Source: Cenarchaeum sp. (lineage in GTDB: Archaea; Thermoproteota; Nitrososphaeria; Nitrososphaerales; Nitrosopumilaceae). From it: DNA of 64,000 nt. Under the pieces are notes generated by a model, which worked only from the letters and a program-made list of their open reading frames with translations, had not been told where the DNA came from and ran no database searches. Location: contig CBDESU010000002.1 of the NCBI GenBank assembly GCA_965242695.1, positions 1,248,001 to 1,312,000 on the forward strand, written 5' to 3'. This document shows, piece after piece, positions 50,601 to 59,007 of this stretch. A program made the translations under genes and the position numbers. Position 1 is the first letter of the stretch. Each line of letters opens with the position of its first letter.

Positions 50601-50824
50601 GCTATTGTATACGTGCGGCCGTGCCCCACGTGCTGCGGCGAGTTCGGGTAGGGGTACGCGACCGTGACGAACCTCTTGGGCCTGGACGGGTCGGCGTCGG
50701 CCTCGTGGGCCTTGGACTCCTCCCACCTCTTCCTCCACTTGGCCTCGATCGGGGCCCAGTCTATGCGGGCGCCCCCCGCGCCGCCCTCCGAGCCTCCCGC
50801 GCCGGGATCGTGCGCCCGGCTCAC
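47645..50824 (-). CDS. leuS: Leucyl-tRNA synthetase (archaeal type)
   Basis: 'YPYPNSPQHVGH', 'ATLRPET', 'SVPAHAPYD', 'SLSDSVVY', KMSKS; GTGA overlap with upstream stop. Confidence 0.95.
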   Translation of the reverse strand: MSRAHDPGAGGSEGGAGGARIDWAPIEAKWRKRWEESKAHEADADPSRPKRFVTVAYPYPNSPQHVGHGRTYTIADAHARYLRMRGHNVLFPMGFHYTGTPILGMARRVQDGDAELLAGLKGLYGVPDEAVREFSDPVRIADYFHEEIKAGMIEMGYSIDWRREFTTIDPAYKRFVEWQIGTLRGMGLVVQGSHPVGWCPKDQNPVSQHDTLGDVEPGFTEYTLVKFRLDGGGDAGGSVIPAATLRPETLFGVTNLWVDPNAEYVRASVSGGPRRPGAGAGEDGGEEAEEWIVSAECARKLEFLGRRVERTGTVRGADLVGRTAAAPGTGAAGLPILPAKFVKQGTGTGMVMSVPAHAPYDWRALEDLREAGDAAALGAPRPVRIIESKEYGEAECPAAEACGRLGIRGQEETDLLDKATDEVYGKEFYGGAMIGAGGGAASPVPARFAGMKVPDARDAVGKWLSDGLPAGQDASEPFLEISGGPVRCRCGAECVVRMLSDQWFLDYGNAAWKANAHECLSRMRILPADLRGEFDNVVDWLRERACARQHGLGTNLPWDDGWIVESLSDSVVYMAFYTIAGLVGSGALRAEHLTPAFFDYVFLGIGAGGGGGGDPAERIARETGADAGAVRRARAEFAYFYPVDARHSGRDLVPNHLTFFVMNHTAIFGRDSWPRGIVVNGSVLMDGKKMSKSMGNIIPLRRAIAEHGADTIRLAILVSAELLQDADFGQEAVSGVASRLGAMMAECGRLGGRGGPGRDGAPRTAEDRWLLSRARGLALDVTSSIEKMRLREALHTALFSFESDLQWHRKRRAAREAHGGGATGGDQDAILREVYAVRVLLLSPFAPHAADEMWERLGMEGTASAARWPEPPAEWDDPAAAQAEDLLGRVIDDVASIKRVTKMKSAPKRITAYVAGGLKARAYRTILGMMEGEGAAGGSGGGKAPQGSKKGAAGASMGAVMQALIADPETAGIKSDPGFVQRAIKDALAEPARTREARLRGGGGLDERAVLEADLGALAAAEFGEGVQVRVFSEDDEGIDDPAGRSRHARPLRPALFIE

Positions 50825-51453
50825 TTCGTCAGCACCTCCAGCGCCGCAGTTCTGACCTTTTCCGCCCTCGACTCGTCCAGGCCGCTGGCCTGCGCAAACG
50901 ATGCGCCGCCGCCCTTGTCGGGCCGGCCGCCGCCGGCCTTGGCCACCTTGCGCATGAACTGGTATGCGTCCTCGCCGGACCATGGGCCCGCGTACGCGAC
51001 GGCCCCGAGCGCCAGGCCGCCCGTGAATGTGCCGCAGTACAGCGCGGCGGGATCCCTTGCGACAAGCTTCCTGCCGAACCTGTCGTGGAACGTCCTGTCG
51101 AGATCGTCGCTGCCGATGCACATGCGGCGCCCGTCGAGCGTCTTGACGGCAAACCCGCTGAATCCGACCACGCACCCGTCCGGCGCGGTCATGACCCTCC
51201 TGAGGATGCGGCGCCCGGTGATCGTTTCCGCCACGCCCTGCCCCCCCTCGCCCGTCGAGACGGTCCTTTCCCTGTCCCAGAAGGACGGCCTGCCGCCGTC
51301 CCCCTCCACCAGCCTCCGCCCCGCGCGCCGCCTGTCGGCCAGGTTTGCCGACCTTGTATCGCTGTCCCACTTTTCGGCCGCCGCCTGTATCTCTTCGTGC
51401 GTCGGCCCGCGTGACTCGGCGGCATCCCCGCCCCTCTGCCATGGAAACCTCAA
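50821..51453 (-). CDS. Free-standing paralog of the AlaRS C-terminal (C-Ala/DHHA1) domain
   Basis: C-terminal ~105 aa align with the adjacent AlaRS C-terminus; 4-nt overlaps with both alaS and leuS. Confidence 0.8.
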   Translation of the reverse strand: MRFPWQRGGDAAESRGPTHEEIQAAAEKWDSDTRSANLADRRRAGRRLVEGDGGRPSFWDRERTVSTGEGGQGVAETITGRRILRRVMTAPDGCVVGFSGFAVKTLDGRRMCIGSDDLDRTFHDRFGRKLVARDPAALYCGTFTGGLALGAVAYAGPWSGEDAYQFMRKVAKAGGGRPDKGGGASFAQASGLDESRAEKVRTAALEVLTK

Positions 51454-54293
51454 CGCAGCACCGCCTCCCTTGCTGCATCGACGGCCTCTTTTTTCCTAGA
51501 GGCGTCCTTGCAGCCGCCCTGCGCGAACCGCGCGCCGCCGCCCCCTGACCCGCCGGCGGCCCCTGCCACGTCCCGCACGATCCCGGACGCGTCCCTGCCC
51601 GACTCGGGCCCCGCGTACGCGACGATCCTGACCGTGCGGCCCTCGCCGAACACGCCGCAGTACGACGCGCCTGGGTCGGCCTCTACGAGGCGCCTCCCGA
51701 ACTCTACATGGAACGTCTCGCCCAGGCCGTCCCCCCCGGCCACGCATGCCCTGCGCCCGTCCCGCACCCGCACCTCGATCCCGTCCAGCCTCGACGACTC
51801 CCCCTCGGGGACGGCCATCGCCTCCTCCAGCATGCCGGGCACGCGCCGCTTGTCGGCCTGCCGGGCCTCGGCCCTGGCCCTGTCGCGCTCGGCCTTTGCC
51901 TCCTCGGCCTTTGCCTCCTCGGCCCTTGCGGCCTCCGTCTCTTCCTCTTCTCCGCCCCCTGCCCCGGGGCCTGTCACGAACTCGAGTCGGACGACCCCGT
52001 CCTGTATGCGCTTGGCCCTCGTGATCCTCAGGGCCTCGACCTGGCCGGTCCGCCCGACATGGGTGCCGCCGCACGCCTCAGAGTCTATGTCGCCTATCGA
52101 GACGATCCGCACCGAGCTGACGGGGACGACGCCTCCCTGGTATATGCGAAAGCCGTACTCGCGCTCGGCCGCGCCCCTGTCCAGGCTGCGTATTGCGACG
52201 GCGTAGTCGGCCCGTATGATCGAGTTTGCCGCGTCCTGGATGCGCCCGACCTCTTCGGGCGTCAGCGGCGAGTGGTGCGTCACGTCGAGCCTGGCGTGGT
52301 CCTCGTCCTTGAACGCCGAGTGCTGCCACACCCAGGAGCCGAGGATGGAGCGGGCCGACGCGTTGAGTATGTGCGTGCCGGTGTGGTTGCGCGTTATGGC
52401 GGCCCGCCTTTCGACGTCGACCGTACAGCGGACGGTCCCGCCCCTTCCCCACCCCTTGATATCCTCGTAGCCTGGCAGGAACCTGGCCGTGCCGCACGGC
52501 CTCGCGTCCTCGTCGGCCAGCGCCCCGGCGTTCCCCTCGACGGTATGCACGACGATGCCGCCGTGCCTTGACACGTCCGTCACGCGGAGGCCCCCGATCG
52601 CGCCGCGGTCGGGCTCCTGCCCGCCGCCCCTTGCGTAGAACGACGTCCTGTCGAGCACGACGCTGGATCCGCCTGCCCACAGCACCTGCGCGTCAAACTC
52701 CATGGGGTCGTCGCCGTAGAAGAGCAGCTCTGTATCGGGCAGCGAGGCGACGGGCACGCCGTACGGCGCCTCTTTCCCGCCGCCGGCCCCCTGCGCGCCG
52801 CGCCGGCCGGGCCCCCGCAGCTCGGCGAGCCTCGTGTAGAACGCGGGCGGCACCTCGGCTATGACGCCGGCCTCCAGCAGGTAGTCGGGCGTGACGCCGT
52901 CGGACTCGTACAGGGTGATCAGCTCGGACACGGACGGCTGCCTAGCCTTGACCCCTTCCGCCCCATTCCCGCCGGACATCTTGGCCGCAATCTTCTCGAT
53001 GCGCCGCCGCGACTGCCCGTACCGCCCCACCTCTATGCCGAGTATGCGCTTTACGTCGCCGCCGGCCTCGGCCAGCTCGGGGTACGTGCGCGACAGGTAG
53101 CCGACGTGCAGGTCGACCATCTCGTCGATGTCGAGCGCGCCGCCCGTACCGCCCCGCCCCCCGAGCCTGCCGGCCGTGTCGACGATGCGGCGCAGCATCA
53201 TGCGCAGGTTGTACCCGCCGCCGACGTTGCTCGGCAGGGCGCCGTCGGCGATGGCAAAGACGAGCGTCCGGATATGGTCGGCGATCATGTATGCGGCCTC
53301 TAGCGGCGCGATGCTCCTGCGCACGTCGGCCTCGGACAGGCCGGCGGCCCGGGCCGCCGCAAGCCTTGCCTTTTGCAGGTCGCCTCCGTGCTCGTCGGCC
53401 GCCCGGGCGACGGCGGCAAAGTACGCGCGGGCCGCCTCCGATCCGGCGTCGGCGCCTAGGGCCTCGGCGGCGCGCGCCGCGACCGGACCAAAGCAGCAGT
53501 CGTACGCCGTCGGCGTGCCCATCGTTATCCACGAGAGGCGCTCCAGGCCGGCGCCCATGTCGATGACCCTGCGGTCGAGCTGCTCGTGCTCGCCGAGGCG
53601 GCCCTGGAACTCGGTGAATACGGCGTTGCCGAGCTCTAGGCCCCTCACAAAGTACTCTAGGGACGGGCCGAACGAGCCGCCGCCCTCCCACACGTCCTCT
53701 ACGTACACGATCTCGTCGCGGGGTATGCCGAACGGGCCGGTCAGCATCGCGTGGTCGAGGCGGACGCACTCGTCCTTCCAGTACCCGCCCGGCTCGTCCG
53801 GGACGGCGTGCTGGCCGACCATGCAGAACGACGAAAAGTGCCTTCCCGTGACCCCAACGTTCTCTAGGTCCTTGAAGCGCAGGCACGTCTGCGGGACGAC
53901 GAGCGGGTTTGCGGGGAACTCGAAGACGACCCTTGATCCCATCACGCGCTGAAAGTCGACGATGCTAGCGATCGTAAAGTGCAGGTCCTCGCGCCACCTG
54001 CACACGACGGGGTAGCGCTGGACTGGCGTGTGGCCGTTTGACGAGAAGAACGACTCGATCTCGGACCACGCGGCGGCGTAGTCGAGGCGCCTTGCCGTCG
54101 GCGGGTCGCCGATGAACGAGTACGCCGAGGCGCGGTCGTGGTCGGGGCACAGGTCCCTCGGCGTGGCGGACCAGAAGAACCGACCGCACCTGGCGCAGGC
54201 GGCGCGCGCAAACCCCTCGTCCCCGAACAGGCCCACCCTGTAGTACCTGTCCGGCTCTGACGAGAACTCGGCGAGCAGCTCGGACTTTTCCAC
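51450..54293 (-). CDS. alaS: Alanyl-tRNA synthetase (archaeal type)
   Basis: 'FTIASIVDFQ', 'GLELGNAVF', 'IDMGAGLER', editing motifs 'HTGTH' and 'CGGTH', C-terminal DHHA1. Confidence 0.96.
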   Translation of the reverse strand: MEKSELLAEFSSEPDRYYRVGLFGDEGFARAACARCGRFFWSATPRDLCPDHDRASAYSFIGDPPTARRLDYAAAWSEIESFFSSNGHTPVQRYPVVCRWREDLHFTIASIVDFQRVMGSRVVFEFPANPLVVPQTCLRFKDLENVGVTGRHFSSFCMVGQHAVPDEPGGYWKDECVRLDHAMLTGPFGIPRDEIVYVEDVWEGGGSFGPSLEYFVRGLELGNAVFTEFQGRLGEHEQLDRRVIDMGAGLERLSWITMGTPTAYDCCFGPVAARAAEALGADAGSEAARAYFAAVARAADEHGGDLQKARLAAARAAGLSEADVRRSIAPLEAAYMIADHIRTLVFAIADGALPSNVGGGYNLRMMLRRIVDTAGRLGGRGGTGGALDIDEMVDLHVGYLSRTYPELAEAGGDVKRILGIEVGRYGQSRRRIEKIAAKMSGGNGAEGVKARQPSVSELITLYESDGVTPDYLLEAGVIAEVPPAFYTRLAELRGPGRRGAQGAGGGKEAPYGVPVASLPDTELLFYGDDPMEFDAQVLWAGGSSVVLDRTSFYARGGGQEPDRGAIGGLRVTDVSRHGGIVVHTVEGNAGALADEDARPCGTARFLPGYEDIKGWGRGGTVRCTVDVERRAAITRNHTGTHILNASARSILGSWVWQHSAFKDEDHARLDVTHHSPLTPEEVGRIQDAANSIIRADYAVAIRSLDRGAAEREYGFRIYQGGVVPVSSVRIVSIGDIDSEACGGTHVGRTGQVEALRITRAKRIQDGVVRLEFVTGPGAGGGEEEETEAARAEEAKAEEAKAERDRARAEARQADKRRVPGMLEEAMAVPEGESSRLDGIEVRVRDGRRACVAGGDGLGETFHVEFGRRLVEADPGASYCGVFGEGRTVRIVAYAGPESGRDASGIVRDVAGAAGGSGGGGARFAQGGCKDASRKKEAVDAAREAVLR

Positions 54294-54416
54294 GCCGCCG
54301 CCGCCCCGGGCCGGGGGTTAAAAGATAACCGCCGGCGCGGCCCCGTTGCGGGGCCGCCGCGCGGCGCGCTGCCCTGAATCTTGATATTGGGCCGGCGCGG
54401 CGGCCGGCCCGCAGCG

Positions 54417-54623
54417 TTGCCGGTAAAGATATTCAGCGGGGTCGACTATATCGTCGAAAAGTCGGTGAACCGCTTTGTAAAGGACGTCCGCGTCCTCGAC
54501 GTGCGCGTGTCCTCGCACGCGCACAAGGACTCGTCGCGCGTCACGGTCCTGATCCTGTACGAGGGAGGCGAGAACCTGCCGGCCCACGCGTCGGGGCCGG
54601 GGCTGGGCGGCCCGACGGTGTAG
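54417..54623 (+). CDS. Small hypothetical protein (Cse60/DUF2758-like pattern)
   Basis: 'VKIF...VEKSVNRF....VLDVR.....VLILY'. Confidence 0.5.
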   Translation: MPVKIFSGVDYIVEKSVNRFVKDVRVLDVRVSSHAHKDSSRVTVLILYEGGENLPAHASGPGLGGPTV

Positions 54624-55049
54624 GCGCGATGCAGGCGCGGCGGCCTCTGCCTCTACCGCTGTCCTTGCGGCGGGACTGCAGTGGGAGCGCGCCGCCGCCT
54701 ACGCCGGGCCCGCCTGGCCGCATCCGCGCCTGCGCCGAGCCGCGCATTAGGCTCCGGGCGCCGCTCCTGCACCCGCGCATCTGCCGCCGATCGGGCCGTT
54801 GGATGCCATGGCGCCATCGGCCGTGGCCGTTTGACGCATGCGGCATGCCGGGGCGCCTTGGCCCTGCAAGGATGTGGCCCAGCCTGCGCGCCTGGCCGCC
54901 GCCTGCGCGTCCCGGGCGGCTCCCGCGCCGCGCATCTGTCCGCGTCCGGCAGGGGCGCATCCTGCATGGCACTCGCTGCTCGAATCGGCGCGCCGCGCGG
55001 CCAAGATGTCGCCTCGCAGGTTTTATAACCCCCCTGCGGGTGGGCAGGT

Positions 55050-55142
55050 CGGCGACGGCGGGAGTCGAACCCGCATAGCACTTGGTGTGTCAAGTGCCGG
55101 CGTGCTCTGAACACGCTGGGCTACCGATTGCCCATCGTCGCC
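55050..55142 (-). tRNA. Atypical type II tRNA-like gene, anticodon CAG, G73, long variable arm
   Basis: Acceptor GGCGACG/CGTCGCC; D-arm GGGC-AATCGGTA-GCCC; anticodon arm GCGTG-TTCAGAG-CACGC; V-stem GGCACTTG/CAAGTGCT; T-arm GCGGG-TTCGACT-CCCGC. Confidence 0.78.
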
Positions 55143-55516
55143 ATTTCTAATGAAAAGTGCAGTCTAATGTACCTTCATAGCAGGTAATATGCGGTCTATT
55201 GTACAGTCCATCGCACCTGGGTTCACGGGTTGCGTGCCCCCGCCTGCCTCGTCCGCGCCGGCACCCCCGTCTGCCGATGCGGATGCACGGCTGGTCGCCC
55301 CCCCCGTCGCGGTTGCACCTCGCGGCTCGCCATGCGCGGACATGCGCGCGCTTGCTACCGCTCCGCACGCGGGCTAGGATGCCCCCGCCGCGCATCTCCG
55401 AACTCCCTCCGGATGTGCCGCGTCGCGCCGCATCCACCATTCCTGGGACGCCGCCGGGCCGGCAGTCCATGTAAGGCGCCCCCTATCAATAAATACCGCG
55501 GCCGTCCCGCAACGCC

Positions 55517-56041
55517 GTGTTTGGCCGCAAGCCGTCGGGGTGGCGCGAGGGCGTCCACGTGTTCACTACGAGGCCCAACGGGGACTACAGCGACTTTGTG
55601 TTCGGGATGGTCACCGGGGTCGACGGCGACCGCCTCGGGATCAACGGCGTCGCCGTAAGCCCCGTCGGGCTGCGCAACAAGGTCGAGCAGGGCAAGGCGG
55701 GCCCCAGGTCTGGCGAGATACTCGCGCACCCGACGGCCGACAACTGCATATTCGCGCTCATCTACCGCGTCGAGCAGGACGACTTTACAGAGGTCGTCGA
55801 CGCGTCAAAGTCGCGCGTCGAGATGATCTCCCCAAAGGCGTACGCCGTCCTCGACGGCTGGGTGCGCGAGGAGCTGCCCGAGATGATCAACCGCGTGCTG
55901 TCGCTGCCGCCGGGGCCCGAACGCGAGGCGGCAAGGCGCACCCTCAAGCAAAAGAGCGACACGCTGCTCGACAAGGACCTCAGGCGCAGCCTGTACTCGG
56001 TGTGCCGGAGCCTCAAGATACTCGACGGGCAGGGGGGGTAG
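55517..56041 (+). CDS. Hypothetical protein
   Basis: Host-like codon use; AATAAATA box upstream. Confidence 0.72.
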   Translation: MFGRKPSGWREGVHVFTTRPNGDYSDFVFGMVTGVDGDRLGINGVAVSPVGLRNKVEQGKAGPRSGEILAHPTADNCIFALIYRVEQDDFTEVVDASKSRVEMISPKAYAVLDGWVREELPEMINRVLSLPPGPEREAARRTLKQKSDTLLDKDLRRSLYSVCRSLKILDGQGG

Positions 56042-56102
56042 GCGGTGCGGCGAGCCGCGCCGCGGCGCCGCTCCGGCGAGCCGCGCCGCACTGCGCGGGG
56101 CG

Positions 56103-58899
56103 GTGGCGCAATTGGCGGTACTTGAGGACGGCGTCGCGCGCAGGCTGCGCGATTTGCTGCGCTCAAGGGGACTTGATGCCGACTTGCAGGCGGGGGAGGG
56201 CCCGGGGCGCGCAGGCCTGCTCGTCACCCATGATCGCAGGAAGATTGCCATAGAGTGCGAGATGGACGGGCCTGGCAAGAAGAGGCAGGCCGTCGGGGAT
56301 GCGGCCAGAATACTCGCGCCTGTGAGGCGCGCCGACGCGGCGTTTGCCGTCATCTTCCCGCCAAAGTGCTCCGAAAAGACGCTGTTCCACGACACGGTGC
56401 TGGGGGCCAGCGTTGTGGACGACTACGTGGCAGGGGCCTGGCAGGACTGCCCCGCACCCGGAGCAGGAGGTCCCGGGGAGCAGGGCGGCGCCCCTGCGCG
56501 GGTCCGGTGGTCCAAATGCACCGTGGCAGAGCTGGCCGACCGCATACGCGACGTGCACAACGACATGGGAGATCCGGACACGATCGCCGGCAGGCTCCGC
56601 GACGCGGTCGACGATGCCGCCGGCCTGCTCTCGGACGACGAGTGCTGGGGTCTTGGCTCGGGCGCCGGGTTCAAGCCGCGCAAGGACGACTGGCGGCCGG
56701 CCGCGCGCCGGGCCCTGCTCGCAATCGCGTCGGCCTCGCTACTGCATGCCTGGCTCGACCCGCGCCTCCAGGACATGAGGCCCACGACCGACGCGCGCAC
56801 GGGCAGAAGGTTCAGGGGCCCGTGGAACCCCGAAAGCCTCGACGAATGCTACCGCTCCGGCGACGCACGGGAGAGCCTGTCCGAAGCGTGGTCGCTGATC
56901 CTGGCCATCGACTACAAGCCGATATTCGAGATGGGCTTGGCGGCGCTTGCGTCGCTTTACGGCGAGTCGTTTGAGCGTGCCGTGAGAATCGTCGTGAACT
57001 GGTCCCGGTATGCGGCCGGCCAGGCCGTCGAGAGGCGCCACGACATTCTCGGCCGCGTATTCGGCGCACTGCTGGACGATGCGCAGTTCGACGGCTCGTT
57101 CTACACCTCCGTTCCCGCTGCAACGCTGCTGGCCGGCCTTGCCATCCCCAGCGCGCCGGCCCGAAAGGATCTCAAGTCGCTTCGCGTCCTGGATCCCGCA
57201 TGCGGCACGGGGACGCTGCTCATGGCCGCGGCCGAAAGGCTCCGCGGCGCGTCCGGCGGTGATGACGGCCGCATGCGCCTGATCGTGAATGCACTGGAGG
57301 GACTGGACATCAACACGACAGCCCTGAAAATTGCGACCACGACGCTTGGGATGCTGTTGGCTACGGCCAAGTTCGACGACATGAACCTGTACCAGATGCC
57401 CCTCGGCGTGGTAGAGGGGACATCCAAGGTGGCCACCGGATCGCTCGAGCTGTACGCGCACGGGGGCCTGCTTCCGTTCATCGAATGGCCCAATGCGAGG
57501 CCGCCGGGCCGGATCGACGCGGATGCGGGGACGATCGAGCACCGGTACGCGTACTCGGCGGACCTCGTCATCATGAACCCTCCGTACACCCGCAACGACA
57601 AGAGGCACGACCAGCTAGGCGAGGACGTCGAGGCGCGCGTCAAGAAGAGGGAGTCGGAGATACTGGCCATGTCGCCTGTCCGGCTGGACAGGACCAGGGG
57701 CTGATGTTCCTAGTGCTCGGCGAGTACCTCTGCAGCAGGACGGGGACGCTGGCCTGCGTCTTCCCCCTCTCGTCGGCGACGGCGCCGTCGGCGCGAGGCG
57801 TCCGCGCGTTCCTGGCCGAGCGCTTTGACATAGAGTACCTGGTCGCATCGCACGATCCCGACAGGGAGTACTTTTCGGAGAATACGACCATTGCCGAGCT
57901 GCTCCTGGTAATGAGGCGGAAGGGGCGCAGGGGCGGCGGCGGAGGCGCGGCGGCGGAGGCGCGGCGGCGGCGGGGGGTGCCCGCGCCCGCAAGCCGACCG
58001 TCGTCATCAACCTGCTTGAAAATCCGTCCACGGCCGGCGGGGCGGCCGCCCTAGCGGCCGACATCGCCGCCGGCCGGCCGAGCCCGCTCGCGGCGATCGA
58101 CACCGTGTCTGCCGAGCCTGCCGCCGCAGGCGACTGGGGAAGAGTGCTGTTCGTATCACCGCTCCTGCACCGCGTGAGCGAGGACATGGAGGCGGGGCGC
58201 CTCTTCGAGATGGCCAGGCTCGGAGACTTGGCCGACATCGGGTGCGGCAGGGGCGTGCGGGGGTGCTTTGACTCCCGCCAGAGCCCCGACAAGGGCGCGC
58301 GCGCCTCGATGTACGGCCACGACACGTCAAGGGTCGTGAGCATCGAGAACAGGCCGTACTCCTACCTGATTCCCAAGAAGGGCATGGAGGCCAGCGCGGA
58401 CAGGGTCTGGTCCGGGGCGTCGCACCTGCTCTTTCCGGAAAAGCTTCGCCTCAACCTGTCCCACGTGACGGCGGTGTGCTCGCCGGACGAGACTGTGGGA
58501 ACCTCGTGGTACAACGTGCGGCCGCGGGCGGGAGGCGCCGCCGAGCGCCTGCGGTGGTCAAAGGCCATGGCCGTGTTCCTCAACTCGACGCCCGGCATCG
58601 TCGCGGTCCTGGGCATGCGCATACCGACGGTCCTGTCTAGGCCGAGGTTTTCGAGCGCCGGCGCAAAGGGCATGCGGGTGCCGCTCCTCTCGGACGGGCA
58701 GGCCGGGGCGCTGGCGGGAGCGTACAAGAGGCATGCTAGCAGGCCGATCGGACGGTTTGCCGAGCCGGACGACCCCGTCCGGCGCGGCATCGACGATGCC
58801 GTCTCGTCCGCACTGGACATCCCGGGCGGGACGGTGGGGCGCATGAGGTGCGAGCTGGCAAAAGAGCCGATGTGCACCGGCAGGCGGTACGGGGCGTAG
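56103..58899 (+). pseudogene. Type IIG-like restriction-modification gene with two frameshifts
   Basis: 'IAIECE', 'GSFYT', motif I 'LDPACGTG', motif IV 'MNPPY'; continues as 'GLMFLVLGE...FSENTTIAE' and then 'KPTVVINL...' in other frames (breaks ~57700 and ~57930-57990). Confidence 0.8.
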
Positions 58900-59007
58900 G
58901 ATCCGCCGCCCTGCACGGCTCTGGCCCGTGAGAATGCCCGCCTCGCACTCCCCCGGATCGCGCCCCCGCCTCCACGGTTTAAAGCGGCCCGCGCCGCGAG
59001 CGCATGC

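Noticed and set aside
50825-51478. N-terminal extension of LeuRS (1277-aa ORF)
   Set aside because: The extension is a shadow frame over the C-Ala paralog; LeuRS similarity starts near 'IDWAPIEAKW' and a GTG overlaps the upstream stop.
55050-55142. Genome-wide CUG codon reassignment
   Set aside because: CTG encodes conserved Leu in housekeeping motifs, e.g. both leucines of Pst[10 protein letters not shown].
55050-55142. Canonical tRNA-Sec (the loop contains TTCAGA)
   Set aside because: Stem symmetry centres CAG, not TCA; acceptor plus T stem is 7/5 rather than the 9/4 of archaeal tRNA-Sec; no sel genes seen.
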